Positions 1 through 8,516 of a stretch of DNA of 64,000 bases are shown piece after piece. This DNA is from Candidatus Spyradocola sp. (GTDB lineage: Bacteria > Bacillota > Clostridia > Christensenellales > UBA1750). A model generated the notes under the pieces. It was not told where the DNA came from. It saw only the letters and a program-made list of their open reading frames with translations, and ran no database searches. Position numbers and translations under genes: made by a program. Numbering within the stretch: the stretch's first letter is position 1; every line of letters starts with the position of its first letter. The stretch covers positions 5,520 through 69,519 of the forward strand of contig JBMNOF010000004.1 in the NCBI GenBank assembly GCA_050942925.1. The letters are read 5' to 3'.

Positions 1-969
1 GATTTGGCGCGCAAGCTCCTTGCCAGCACCGGGTACGAGGAGATGAGCCTCTCCTCTTTGTCCACCGGAGATTACTCGCACCTGCCGGAGCTGGCGCGTG
101 CATTGGTGGAGGAGCACGGCTGCAAAAAAGTCGCCATCTCCCTGCCCTCGCTGCGCATCGACTCGGTCCTGGGCGACACGCTCGAGCAGACGCAGTCCGT
201 CCGCAAGACGGGCTTGACCTTTGCGCCGGAGGCCGGCACGCAGCGCTTGCGCGACGTCATCAACAAGGGCGTCACCGAGCAGCAGCTCTATGACAGCGTG
301 TTGGACGCCTTTTCCAAGGGGTGGAGCGGCGTCAAGCTGTACTTCATGATCGGCCTGCCCACGGAAACCTACGAGGACTTGGACGGCATTCCGCATCTGG
401 CCCAGCGCGTGCTGGACGCCTATTTTGCCGTGCCTAAGGAGCACCGGCAGAAGGGACTCCGGGTCGGGGTCAGCGCCTCTTCCTTTGTGCCCAAGCCCTT
501 TACGCCCTTCCAGTGGGAGCCGCAGAACTCCATTGAGGAGCTGCAGGAAAAGCAGCGTTATCTGCGGGAGAAGCTCCACATGCGCTCGGTGACGTTCAGC
601 TGGCACGAACCGCACCTTTCCTTCCTGGAGGCGGCCTTTGCCCGCGGGGATAGGCGGCTGTGCGGGGTTTTGCGCGCGGCGCATGCGCGCGGCTGCAAAT
701 TTGACGGATGGACGGAGGCGTTCGATTTTGACGCCTGGATGCAGGCCTTCGCGGATTGCGGCCTCACCTGCGCACAGTTTGCGCAGAAGCGCTTTGCGCT
801 GGATGCGCCTCTGCCGTGGGACCACATCGACGCGGGCGTGACTAAGGCGTTCCTCCAGCGCGAGTGGAACAAGGCGCTTCGGGGCGAGGTTTCGCCCGAC
901 TGCCGCATCCATTGCCATGGCTGCGGAATCAACCAGTTCTGCAAGGGGGTGTGCAAGTCGTGCGAATGA
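1..969 (+). CDS. radical SAM protein, TIGR03960-like (5' end outside window)
   Basis: The frame is open from base 1 to TGA 967-969. GLTFAPEAGTQRLRDVINKGVTEQQL...KLYFMIGLPTETYEDLDGI resembles the core/C-terminal region of B12-binding-type radical SAM enzymes. Codon position 3 is G/C-rich. ATGA overlap with the next gene. Confidence 0.75.
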   Translation, partial: DLARKLLASTGYEEMSLSSLSTGDYSHLPELARALVEEHGCKKVAISLPSLRIDSVLGDTLEQTQSVRKTGLTFAPEAGTQRLRDVINKGVTEQQLYDSVLDAFSKGWSGVKLYFMIGLPTETYEDLDGIPHLAQRVLDAYFAVPKEHRQKGLRVGVSASSFVPKPFTPFQWEPQNSIEELQEKQRYLREKLHMRSVTFSWHEPHLSFLEAAFARGDRRLCGVLRAAHARGCKFDGWTEAFDFDAWMQAFADCGLTCAQFAQKRFALDAPLPWDHIDAGVTKAFLQREWNKALRGEVSPDCRIHCHGCGINQFCKGVCKSCE

Positions 970-1625
970 TCGCAGAATTTGAAAAGATGGGCCGGATGAG
1001 CTGGTTTTCCCATCTGGACCTGCAGAGCACGATGCAGCGCGCGCTGCGGCGGGCGGATCTGCCCGTGCGCTTCTCCCAGGGATTCAATCCGCACGTCAAC
1101 CTCTCCTTTGCAACGGCGTTGTCGGTGGGCAGCGAGAGCCAGTGCGAGCTGATGGATGTCGAGCTGGAGGGCGAGGTTTCCCCGGAGGACTTCGTTGCGC
1201 GCCTCAACGCCTGTCTGCCGGAGGGGCTGCAGGTGCACCGGGCCTGCCTGGTGGACGACCACGCGCCCGCCCTTGCGGCGCGCATGGTGGAGGCGGGCTA
1301 TGTGGTGCGCGTGCCGGGAAAAGACCTTTCCGAGCCGGTGCAGGCCTTCCTCGACGCGGCGGAGGTCGTCGTGGAGAAGCGCAGCAAGAAGGGGACAAAG
1401 CCTGTGAACATCCGCCCCATGGTGCATGTGCTGGACTGTGCCTTTGACGGCGAAGGGTCTACGCTGCACATGATCCTGGAGCAGACGAATGCCAACAGCT
1501 TGAAGGCGGAGCTCCTTCTGCAGGCATTGGGGGCGGGCGAGCGCTATTCCTGCGTGCGCACGGGTCTGTATGCCCGCGGCGCGCAGGGCGAGCGCGTGGA
1601 ACTCTTTGAGGCGGCACGGGAATGA
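966..1625 (+). CDS. radical SAM-linked protein (TIGR03936 / DUF2344 family)
   Basis: Internal ATG 966 of listed ORF 864-1625 overlaps the upstream stop (ATGA). MSWFSHLDLQSTMQRALRRADLPVRFSQGFNPHVNLSFATALSVG matches the family signature as I recall it. It is the usual partner of the preceding radical SAM gene. Confidence 0.75.
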   Translation: MIAEFEKMGRMSWFSHLDLQSTMQRALRRADLPVRFSQGFNPHVNLSFATALSVGSESQCELMDVELEGEVSPEDFVARLNACLPEGLQVHRACLVDDHAPALAARMVEAGYVVRVPGKDLSEPVQAFLDAAEVVVEKRSKKGTKPVNIRPMVHVLDCAFDGEGSTLHMILEQTNANSLKAELLLQALGAGERYSCVRTGLYARGAQGERVELFEAARE

Positions 1626-3100
1626 AAAAGGAAATCCTCATCGATCGGGAGCCCGGGCTCACGCGCGTGGCCATACTGGAGGACGACGAGCTCTGCGAGT
1701 TCTATCTCGAGCGCGAGGGCGCGGAAAAGCTCGCCGGCAACATCTACAAGGGCCGCGTGCAGAACGTGCTCAACGGCATGCAGGCCGCCTTTGTGGACAT
1801 CGGAACAGGGAAAAACGCCTTCCTCTACCTCGGGGACGAGGGCCCGGACGCGCGGGATCTCACCTTCCCCGGGCAGGAGGCCGCGCAGATCCCCTGCATG
1901 CGGCAGGAACGCGTGCACAACGGGCAGGAGCTGCTCGTGCAGGTCATCAAGGAGCCGGACGGAACCAAGGGCGCGCGGCTCTCCAGGCAGATTACGCTGC
2001 CGGGAAGGTATGTCGTCCTGGCGCCGCAGATGGACTATGTCGGCGTTTCCCGCCGCATCGCGGAGGAGGGGGAGCGCCAGCGCCTCAAGGCAGAGGCCGA
2101 GCGCGTCAAGCCCGAAGGCATGGGGTTGATCGTGCGCACGGCGGCGGAAGGCCGAAGCGGGGAGGACTTCCTGGAGGACATTCGGGAGCTCACCGCGCTG
2201 TGGGAGCAGATCGTCGGCCGCGTCCGCGTGGGGCGAGCTCCGTGCTGCGTCCATCGGGATCAAGACCTGGTCACGCGCACGCTGCGCGATCTCATTGCCA
2301 GCGATGTGAGCCGGATCGTGCTGGGGGACGCGGCAGAGGTAGAGCGCGTCCGCTCTGCGCTGCGCCTGTTTGCGCCCGCCCTTGCCGATCGCGTGGAGCG
2401 CTACGCGGGCGGTCTTCCGCTCTTTGACGCCTACCGGATCGAGAGCAGACTGGAAAAGGCGCTGCAGCGCAAGGTCTGGCTCAAAAACGGCGGGTATCTC
2501 TATATCGAGGCCACCGAAGCGCTGACGGTCATCGACGTCAACACCGGAAAGTTCGTTGGGTCCCGGGACCTGCAGGACACGGTCTTCCGCCTAAACTGCG
2601 AGGCGGCCAAGGAGATCGCCCGGCAGGTTCGGCTTCGGGACATCGGCGGCATCATCATCATTGACTTCATCGACATGCAGAGCGAGGAAAACCGGCAAAA
2701 GCTGGTGGAGGTGCTGCGAGAGGCCTTCCGCCGGGACCGCAACAAGGTCAACGTCGCCGGATTGACCTCGTTGGGGCTGGTGGAGATGACGCGCAAGCGG
2801 ATGCGCACGCCGCTGGCGGCCAGTCTGCAGTGCCTCTGCCCCTGCTGCGGCGGTACGGGCCGGGTCATGCAGCCCGAACACACCGCGCGGCGCGCGCTGC
2901 GGGACGTGCGGCGCCTGCGCGCCTCCGGGACGGAGGGCGAGATCGTGCTGAGCGCCAACTCGGAGGTCCTCGAGGCGGCTCGCCAGCTCGCGCCGGAGGG
3001 CGGCCTCTATCTCCAGCTCGACGCGAACAAGGGACCGAATGATTTCCACGTCTCGACAAAGCCCAAGGACAGCTGCAAAGGGCTGGAATACCTTGGCTAA
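1622..3100 (+). CDS. rng: Rne/Rng family ribonuclease (RNase G-like)
   Basis: 492-aa ORF. S1 domain motif NIYKGRVQNVLNGMQAAFVDIG. Catalytic-core motifs IIIDFIDM and GLVEMTRKR. ATGA overlap with the upstream gene. Confidence 0.9.
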   Translation: MKKEILIDREPGLTRVAILEDDELCEFYLEREGAEKLAGNIYKGRVQNVLNGMQAAFVDIGTGKNAFLYLGDEGPDARDLTFPGQEAAQIPCMRQERVHNGQELLVQVIKEPDGTKGARLSRQITLPGRYVVLAPQMDYVGVSRRIAEEGERQRLKAEAERVKPEGMGLIVRTAAEGRSGEDFLEDIRELTALWEQIVGRVRVGRAPCCVHRDQDLVTRTLRDLIASDVSRIVLGDAAEVERVRSALRLFAPALADRVERYAGGLPLFDAYRIESRLEKALQRKVWLKNGGYLYIEATEALTVIDVNTGKFVGSRDLQDTVFRLNCEAAKEIARQVRLRDIGGIIIIDFIDMQSEENRQKLVEVLREAFRRDRNKVNVAGLTSLGLVEMTRKRMRTPLAASLQCLCPCCGGTGRVMQPEHTARRALRDVRRLRASGTEGEIVLSANSEVLEAARQLAPEGGLYLQLDANKGPNDFHVSTKPKDSCKGLEYLG

Positions 3101-3115
3101 AGGGGTGAAGGCAAG

Positions 3116-3502
3116 ATGGCGGTTTGGCTGATGTTCGTTGTGGTAAATCTGTTCCTGCCGCTTCTGATGCTCGGCGTGGGCTGGTGGTTTCAAAAATCAC
3201 CGCCCAAGAAGATCAATCCCTTTGTGGGATACAGGACGCGCATGTCTATGAAAAACGAGCAGACCTGGCGCTTCGCGCACGAGACCTGCGGCAGGCTTTG
3301 GGTGCGCCTGGGGGCATGGCTCCTGCCTGCGTCCGTTGTGGCCATGCTCCCTGCGCTCGGGCAGGGCGAGGAGATCGCGGGATGGGTCGGCACGGGCATC
3401 TGCCTGGCGCAGTGCGCCGTCGCGATCGGATCGATCCCCTACACCGAGCGCGCGCTCCGGCGGGCATTCTTCCCGGACGGTTCCCCGCGCAAGAAAACTT
3501 AA
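3116..3502 (+). CDS. SdpI/YhfL family membrane protein
   Basis: 128-aa ORF with several hydrophobic helices. NPFVGYRTRMSMKNEQTWRFAH resembles the SdpI family motif. Confidence 0.6.
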   Translation: MAVWLMFVVVNLFLPLLMLGVGWWFQKSPPKKINPFVGYRTRMSMKNEQTWRFAHETCGRLWVRLGAWLLPASVVAMLPALGQGEEIAGWVGTGICLAQCAVAIGSIPYTERALRRAFFPDGSPRKKT

Positions 3503-3525
3503 ACTTTGCAAATCTTCCCGTTTCC

Positions 3526-3554
3526 TTGACAAATGCGGAAGCGAATGCTATACT
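3526..3554 (+). promoter_or_regulatory. sigma-A type promoter of rplU-prp-rpmA
   Basis: TTGACA (3526-3531), exact 17-nt spacer, TATACT (3549-3554), in an AT-rich gap. Confidence 0.65.
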
Positions 3555-3559
3555 ATTTG

Positions 3560-3649
3560 CGCCGCTTGAGTAGGGTCGGCAATCGTGCGCCGGTTTTCCG
3601 GACGCACAACCCGTTTCAGCGAGATTGGGTAGAGGAGGTGCTACCAGAA
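3560..3649 (+). promoter_or_regulatory. candidate ribosomal protein L21 leader
   Basis: About 95-nt leader between the promoter and rplU. Hairpin GTGCGCCGG/CCGGACGCAC (3585-3607). Stem GGTAG/CTACC (3628-3645) encloses the AGGAGG Shine-Dalgarno. The position matches the Firmicute L21 leader. Not checked with a covariance model. Confidence 0.4.
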
Positions 3650-3952
3650 ATGTTTGCGATCATCAAGACCGGCGGAAAGCAGTTCCGCGTGCAGAATGGC
3701 GACGTCATCTTCGTCGAGAAGCTCAACGCCGCCGAGGGCGAGACCGTCAAGTTTGACGTGCTCATGCTCGACAACGACGGCGAGACCAAGATCGGCACGC
3801 CCCTTGTGGAGGACGCCAACGTCACCGGCAAGGTGCTGGGCCACGGCAAGGCCGCCAAGATCCTGGTCTACAAGTACAAGTCCAAGAAGAACTCCCGTCG
3901 CAGGGCGGGTCATCGCCAGCCCTTCACCAAGGTGGAGATCACCATTGGCTAA
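3650..3952 (+). CDS. rplU: 50S ribosomal protein L21
   Basis: [25 protein letters not shown]... starts at ATG 3650 inside listed ORF 3533-3952. AGGAGG lies 9 nt upstream. Confidence 0.95.
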   Translation: MFAIIKTGGKQFRVQNGDVIFVEKLNAAEGETVKFDVLMLDNDGETKIGTPLVEDANVTGKVLGHGKAAKILVYKYKSKKNSRRRAGHRQPFTKVEITIG

Positions 3953-3955
3953 GGC

Positions 3956-4291
3956 ATGACGACGGTGACAATTCTCCATCGGGCTCCCTGGATCGTCGGA
4001 TTTCTGGCCGAAGGGCATACCGGCTACGCCGAGGAAGGGGAGGACATCGTTTGCGCGGCGGTTTCCGCCATCACGCAGACGGCCATGATGGGACTCAAGC
4101 ACTTTGCCCCCGATACCTTCTCCCAATGGCGGGAAGGGGATGCGCCTCTGTTGGAGGTGCGCGTTGCACATCCCACCAAGGAGACCCAGGTCATCCTGGA
4201 GACCATGGTCATCGGGCTAGAGGACATTCTTTCGGGCGTGCCGCAGTACGTCCGCATACTCCACACTGGATCGGAGGTGGAATCAAAATGA
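3956..4291 (+). CDS. prp: ribosomal-processing cysteine protease Prp
   Basis: 111-aa ORF between rplU and rpmA. Motif [19 protein letters not shown] is typical of Prp/YsxB. Confidence 0.9.
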   Translation: MTTVTILHRAPWIVGFLAEGHTGYAEEGEDIVCAAVSAITQTAMMGLKHFAPDTFSQWREGDAPLLEVRVAHPTKETQVILETMVIGLEDILSGVPQYVRILHTGSEVESK

Positions 4292-4581
4292 TGAATCTTC
4301 AGCTGTTCGCTCATAAGAAGGGAATGGGCTCCACCCGCAACGGCCGTGATTCCGAGGCCAAGCGCCTGGGCGTCAAGCGTGCGGATGGCCAGTTCGTTCT
4401 GGCTGGCAACATCCTCGTTCGTCAGCGCGGAACCAAGATCCATCCCGGCCTGAACGTCGGTCTGGGCAAGGACGACACCCTGTTTGCGACCGCGAGCGGC
4501 GTGGTCCGCTTCGAGCGCAAGGGCCGCGACGACAAGCAGGTCAGCGTGTATCCTCGGGAAGAGGCTGTTGCCGCGCAGTAA
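4288..4581 (+). CDS. rpmA: 50S ribosomal protein L27 (with Prp-cleaved N-terminal extension)
   Basis: [30 protein letters not shown]... ATG 4288 overlaps the prp stop (ATGA). The N-terminal extension ends in LF/AHKKG. Confidence 0.95.
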   Translation: MMNLQLFAHKKGMGSTRNGRDSEAKRLGVKRADGQFVLAGNILVRQRGTKIHPGLNVGLGKDDTLFATASGVVRFERKGRDDKQVSVYPREEAVAAQ

Positions 4582-4601
4582 TGCGGAATTCCGAGTGAAG
4601 G

Positions 4602-4636
4602 AAAAGCCCATCTGAGAGATCAGATGGGCTTTTTTC
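4602..4636 (+). terminator. rho-independent terminator after rpmA
   Basis: AAGCCCATCTGA / TCAGATGGGCTT 12-bp stem (4604-4631) followed by a T-run. Confidence 0.85.
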
Positions 4637-4662
4637 ATCGCAAGGGGACAGAGGGAAAGACC

Positions 4663-5481
4663 ATGCTGTTTTTTGAAAATTGTGAGATCAACCTGGAAAA
4701 CACCTTTCACTGCGGTCAAACCTTTCGGTGGAAACCGCTCGGGGACGGATCGTTTGCGGGCAATGTGGAAGGACGGTCCGTGCGCGCGGAGACGGCGGAA
4801 GGCGGTCTCCTCCTCCACGGCGCAGAGGAGAAGGACGCGCCATTCTGGCGCGCGTATTTTGACCTGGACAGCGACTATGCCGCGCTCCTTGCGCCGGTGA
4901 TGGATGCACACTTGCGCAGCGCCTTGGACGCCTGCCAAGGCCTGCGCTTGCTGAACCAGCCCTTTTTCGAGACGCTGTGCAGCTTCATCCTCTCGGCCAA
5001 CAACAACATGCGCCGCATTGCGGGCATCGTGGACCGCTTTTGCGGCATCATGCCGGTGGACAGAAACGGCCTGCATGCATTTCCCCGGCCGGCGGATGTG
5101 CTGGCCGCCGGCCGAACCTGGGTGGACGGGATCGGCGCCGGCTACCGCGCGCCCTACCTCTATGAGGCGGCGGAGCGCGTTGCCGCGGGGTTTGATGGCG
5201 CCTGTCTCCGAACGCTGCCCTATGCGGAGGCCTGTAAGCAAATCCGCACCTTCCGGGGCGTGGGGGAGAAGGTCGCGGACTGCGTCCTCCTCTTCTCCTG
5301 CGGGCAGCGGGACGCATTTCCCGTCGATACGTGGATGGAGAAGGTCTTGACGCAGTGGTACGGCTTTTCCGGAAGCCGGACGAACCTTAAGCGCTGCGCC
5401 ATGGCGCACTTTGGAGCCGGAGCCGGCATTGCCCAGCAGGTGCTTTTTGCCTATGTGGTGCGGCAGAAAATGCAAGCCTAG
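4663..5481 (+). CDS. ogg: 8-oxoguanine DNA glycosylase / HhH-GPD family glycosylase
   Basis: LENTFHCGQTFRW N-terminal motif and the HhH-GPD region FRGVGEKVADCVLLFSCGQRDAFPVDTW. Start moved to ATG 4663 because ATG 4624 lies inside the upstream terminator. GAGGGAAAG lies upstream. Confidence 0.8.
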   Translation: MLFFENCEINLENTFHCGQTFRWKPLGDGSFAGNVEGRSVRAETAEGGLLLHGAEEKDAPFWRAYFDLDSDYAALLAPVMDAHLRSALDACQGLRLLNQPFFETLCSFILSANNNMRRIAGIVDRFCGIMPVDRNGLHAFPRPADVLAAGRTWVDGIGAGYRAPYLYEAAERVAAGFDGACLRTLPYAEACKQIRTFRGVGEKVADCVLLFSCGQRDAFPVDTWMEKVLTQWYGFSGSRTNLKRCAMAHFGAGAGIAQQVLFAYVVRQKMQA

Positions 5482-6377
5482 CCGTCTGCGACAAGGACGA
5501 TGCGCGGGGATTCGTCCTCCTTCAGCCACTGCACGAGCGCCGTCAGGTCCGCCTTTTGCAGCGCAATGCAGCCGGAGGTCGGCTCGTCGCCCACGTGCAG
5601 AAAGATCGCGGAGCCCTTGCCCGGCTCCGTCTCCTGCCCGTAGTTGTACTCGACAACCAGGGCAAGCGCATAAGCGGTGGGGCTGTTGGAGAGCTTCTCT
5701 GCGGAAGTCCAGTCCCGATCCGCATCGCCCTCTACCCATTGGTTGTAGTAGCGGGAGTCCGGATCGTCCACCCAATAGCTCTCGCTCGTCACCGCGCGGA
5801 AGGGGTAGTCGGGGTTGGGCGTGTCCTCGTTGCCAAAGGCAAACCCAAGGCGGAAAATTCCCGCGGGCGTGCGCTTGTCGCCCTCGCGCTTGCCGGAGGA
5901 GACGCCGTTTTCCCCGACATAGCCGGAGAACCCCAGCGCCTTTGTCCAGATGCCGTCCTCGCCCTTGTCATAGGCATAGACGCGGCAGGAAGATCCGTCG
6001 GCGAGCACCAGGACGAGCTGGCCGTAGGACAGCTGCGTGAGGTCGCGTCCCAGGCCCTCCATCACGCGGGCGAGCGTGGGAGGCTGCTCAGGGGCGGCGT
6101 GGGAGGCGGAAGGCTCGGGCTCCTGCGCGGAGGGCGCGGGCGTTGCCGTGGGCGGATCTGCCGTGGGCGAGGTGGACGCCTCTTCCATGGCCGCCGTTGG
6201 GCTCGGAAGAACGGTCGCCGGCGCAGGGGAGGCTTGCGCAGAGGGGAGCGGCGCGGCGGATGGAGTTGGGCTGGGAAATTCCGACGGGCGCAGTTCCACC
6301 ACGGGCGCCGGGCCGGCGCATCCGCTCAGCAGGCAGAGCAGAAGGGCGATGGAGAGTACAATCGAAACGTGCTTCAT
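5478..6377 (-). CDS. L,D-transpeptidase (YkuD-like) lipoprotein
   Basis: Real part of listed ORF 5478-7646. MKHVSIVLSIALLLCLLSGC lipobox, a Pro/Ser/Ala linker, and catalytic motif SAIFLHVGDEPTSGCIAL. GGAGGAA lies upstream of ATG (complement of 6375-6377). Confidence 0.8.
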   Translation of the reverse strand: MKHVSIVLSIALLLCLLSGCAGPAPVVELRPSEFPSPTPSAAPLPSAQASPAPATVLPSPTAAMEEASTSPTADPPTATPAPSAQEPEPSASHAAPEQPPTLARVMEGLGRDLTQLSYGQLVLVLADGSSCRVYAYDKGEDGIWTKALGFSGYVGENGVSSGKREGDKRTPAGIFRLGFAFGNEDTPNPDYPFRAVTSESYWVDDPDSRYYNQWVEGDADRDWTSAEKLSNSPTAYALALVVEYNYGQETEPGKGSAIFLHVGDEPTSGCIALQKADLTALVQWLKEDESPRIVLVADG

Positions 6378-6449
6378 GGTTTTCCTCCTTCTTTGCAAAA
6401 GGATAGCAGAAAGCAGGGAGACTGTCAAAGCAGGCAAACGGAAATTTGC

Positions 6450-6478
6450 TTGAAGGCACGCGCGTTTTTTGCTAGAAT
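6450..6478 (+). promoter_or_regulatory. sigma-A type promoter of the LacI-family gene
   Basis: TTGAAG (6450-6455), 17 nt, TGcTAGAAT extended -10 (6470-6478). Confidence 0.5.
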
Positions 6479-6512
6479 AGCTAAGGAGAGAAAAAGGAAA
6501 GGGGTGTGCGGC

Positions 6513-7529
6513 ATGGAAAGCGAAAAGCCGATATCCCTGCGGGAGATTGCGCAGATCGCGGGCGTATCCGTGGCGACGGTTTCGCGCGTGATCCACAAAA
6601 ATGGAAGGTTTTCCAAGGAAACCGAGGCGCGCGTGCGCGAGGTCATCGAGCGCTATCACTATAGTCCGGACATCACCGCCCAGTCCATGCGCACCAAGCG
6701 CATCCCGGCAGTGGGCATTCTCTATCCGGATTTGGCCAACCAGCATCTGGCGGAGATCGTCGTGGACCTGGAGGAGCGCTTCTTTGATCTGGGGTATGCG
6801 ACGTTTATCTGCGGCACGCGGGGCAACGCGGCCCGGGAAGAGGCCTACATTCAGCTGCTGCGCCAACACAAGGTCAGCGGCCTGATCTTCCTGTTTGGCG
6901 CGCGCGTCGACCACCGCGAGGAGATTGGACCCCTGCCCAAGGTCTACATTGGCCGAACGCCGAGCTATCTGCAAAACCTGGACGACAGAACCGTCGTCAT
7001 TGAGACGGACCATGTACAGAGCGGATACATGGCGGCAAACCACCTCCTGGAGCGGGGGTGCCGCAAAATCCTGTTTCCCACGCGCAGGCCCCTTACGACG
7101 AACCTGCTCCAGGGCCGGGAGGCGGGGTTTTCCCGCGCGCTGATCGAGCATGGCATTCCGAATCCGGAGGACTACATCGTCATCGTCGATGGGTTTAAGG
7201 AGGAAAACGGCTACCTTAGCGCCAAGGAATGGATGCAGCAGGGGCTCGACTTTGACGGCATCTGCGCCAACAACGACCGCTTTGCCATCGGCTGCATGCG
7301 CGCGCTGATCGAGGGCGGAATCTCCATCCCGGAGGAGGTCCGCGTGATTGGCCACGACGACACGCTCTTTGCGCGCTACAACCTCAAGCGCCTGTCCTCC
7401 ATCCGAGATCCGCTGGAGTCCTTCTGCGATTTGGCCATCGATTCCCTGGTCAACATGATGGAGGGGCAAAAGCCCGAAAAGAACCACTACGTGCTGCAAG
7501 GGCGCGTCATTCGCCGGGAGACGACGTAA
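6513..7529 (+). CDS. LacI family transcriptional regulator
   Basis: Real part of listed ORF 5556-7529. HTH SLREIAQIAGVSVATVSRVIHKNGRFS, followed by a periplasmic-binding-protein-like sugar-binding fold. Confidence 0.85.
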   Translation: MESEKPISLREIAQIAGVSVATVSRVIHKNGRFSKETEARVREVIERYHYSPDITAQSMRTKRIPAVGILYPDLANQHLAEIVVDLEERFFDLGYATFICGTRGNAAREEAYIQLLRQHKVSGLIFLFGARVDHREEIGPLPKVYIGRTPSYLQNLDDRTVVIETDHVQSGYMAANHLLERGCRKILFPTRRPLTTNLLQGREAGFSRALIEHGIPNPEDYIVIVDGFKEENGYLSAKEWMQQGLDFDGICANNDRFAIGCMRALIEGGISIPEEVRVIGHDDTLFARYNLKRLSSIRDPLESFCDLAIDSLVNMMEGQKPEKNHYVLQGRVIRRETT

Positions 7530-7562
7530 AGAACAAAAAAACAAACGGAAGAGGGAAACACC

Positions 7563-8456
7563 GTGATCGAAAAAAAGAATGCCCTGGCGGATCTTGGGCT
7601 GCTGCTCGTGGCCGTGATCTGGGGGGCAGGCTTTTCTGCGACGCAATACGCGATCGATGCCGGGCTCACCTCGGCGACCATTTTGCTGCTGCGCTTTTTG
7701 GTGGCAGCCCTGATCCTCGGCGCGGTCTGCTGGAAGCAGGTCGTGACCGTGACCGGACGGGAATGGGCCTATGGCGCACTGTCCGGCTTTTTTCTTTTTG
7801 TGGCGTTTTTCTTGCAGACGGAGGCGCAGAGCCGGACGACGCCTTCCAACTGCGCGTTCCTGACGACGACGAATGTCGTGATGGTGCCCTTTCTCATCTG
7901 GGTGGTGACGCGCAGGCGCCCGGAGGCGAAGAACTTGATCCTGCCGTTTCTTGCGGTGGCGGGCATCTTTGTGCTGGGGTACACGCCCGGGCAGGGGATT
8001 TCCTTTGCGGTGGGCGATCTACTGTCCCTGGCGTGCGCGTTCTTTTTCGCGTGTCACATCGCCTCGCTGGAGTTCACCGCCAAGCATGTGGAGGCGAGAA
8101 AGCTCACCTTTATCCAGATGGCGACGGCGGCGGGGCTGTCGCTGCTGTACTTCTTGATCGTGGACCGGTCGCCGGTCGACGGCGGCACGCTGCGCGCGGG
8201 CATTCTGCCCGTGCTGTACCTGGGCGCCTTTTCCACCTGCCTCTGCTTTTTCCTGCAAACCGCGGCGCAAAAGCATGCTTCCGCCTCGAAGGCCGCCATT
8301 TTTCTCTCCATGGAGGGGATGTTCGGCTCGCTGTTTTCCGTGCTGCTCGGGCTTGAGCCGCTGCGCTGGACGCTGGTCTTCGGCGGCAGCCTGCTCTTTG
8401 CCTGCGCGGTGCTGACGGAGCTTCGTTTTCCCCTGCGCCCAGCGCACAGGGAATAA
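7563..8456 (+). CDS. DMT (EamA) family transporter
   Basis: 297 aa, about 10 hydrophobic segments, tandem EamA-like halves. GTG start. Confidence 0.8.
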   Translation: MIEKKNALADLGLLLVAVIWGAGFSATQYAIDAGLTSATILLLRFLVAALILGAVCWKQVVTVTGREWAYGALSGFFLFVAFFLQTEAQSRTTPSNCAFLTTTNVVMVPFLIWVVTRRRPEAKNLILPFLAVAGIFVLGYTPGQGISFAVGDLLSLACAFFFACHIASLEFTAKHVEARKLTFIQMATAAGLSLLYFLIVDRSPVDGGTLRAGILPVLYLGAFSTCLCFFLQTAAQKHASASKAAIFLSMEGMFGSLFSVLLGLEPLRWTLVFGGSLLFACAVLTELRFPLRPAHRE

Positions 8457-8480
8457 GGCGCGCGCTCTTCCGCATAGAAT
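8453..8480 (+). promoter_or_regulatory. candidate mother-cell (sigma-E-like) promoter
   Basis: ATA (8453-8455), 17 nt, CATAGAAT (8473-8480). The B. subtilis sigma-E pattern recalled from memory is ATA-N16-18-CATACAnT. Confidence 0.3.
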
Positions 8481-8516
8481 GGGGACAAACGGACATGCGG
8501 GAGGAGCGGAAAAAGC

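Noticed and set aside
6434-6449. GCAAA-N6-TTTGC as a LacI-family operator at the regulator's own promoter
   Set aside because: The arms are only 5 bp and the match to TGnAAnCGnTTnCA-type operators is poor. This is too weak to call.
5478-7646. 722-aa minus-strand ORF and 657-aa plus-strand ORF (5556-7529) covering each other
   Set aside because: Only the 3' 299 codons of the minus ORF (lipoprotein L,D-transpeptidase) and the 3' 338 codons of the plus ORF (LacI regulator) have RBSs, sensible N-termini and motifs. The remainder is read-through of the opposite gene.
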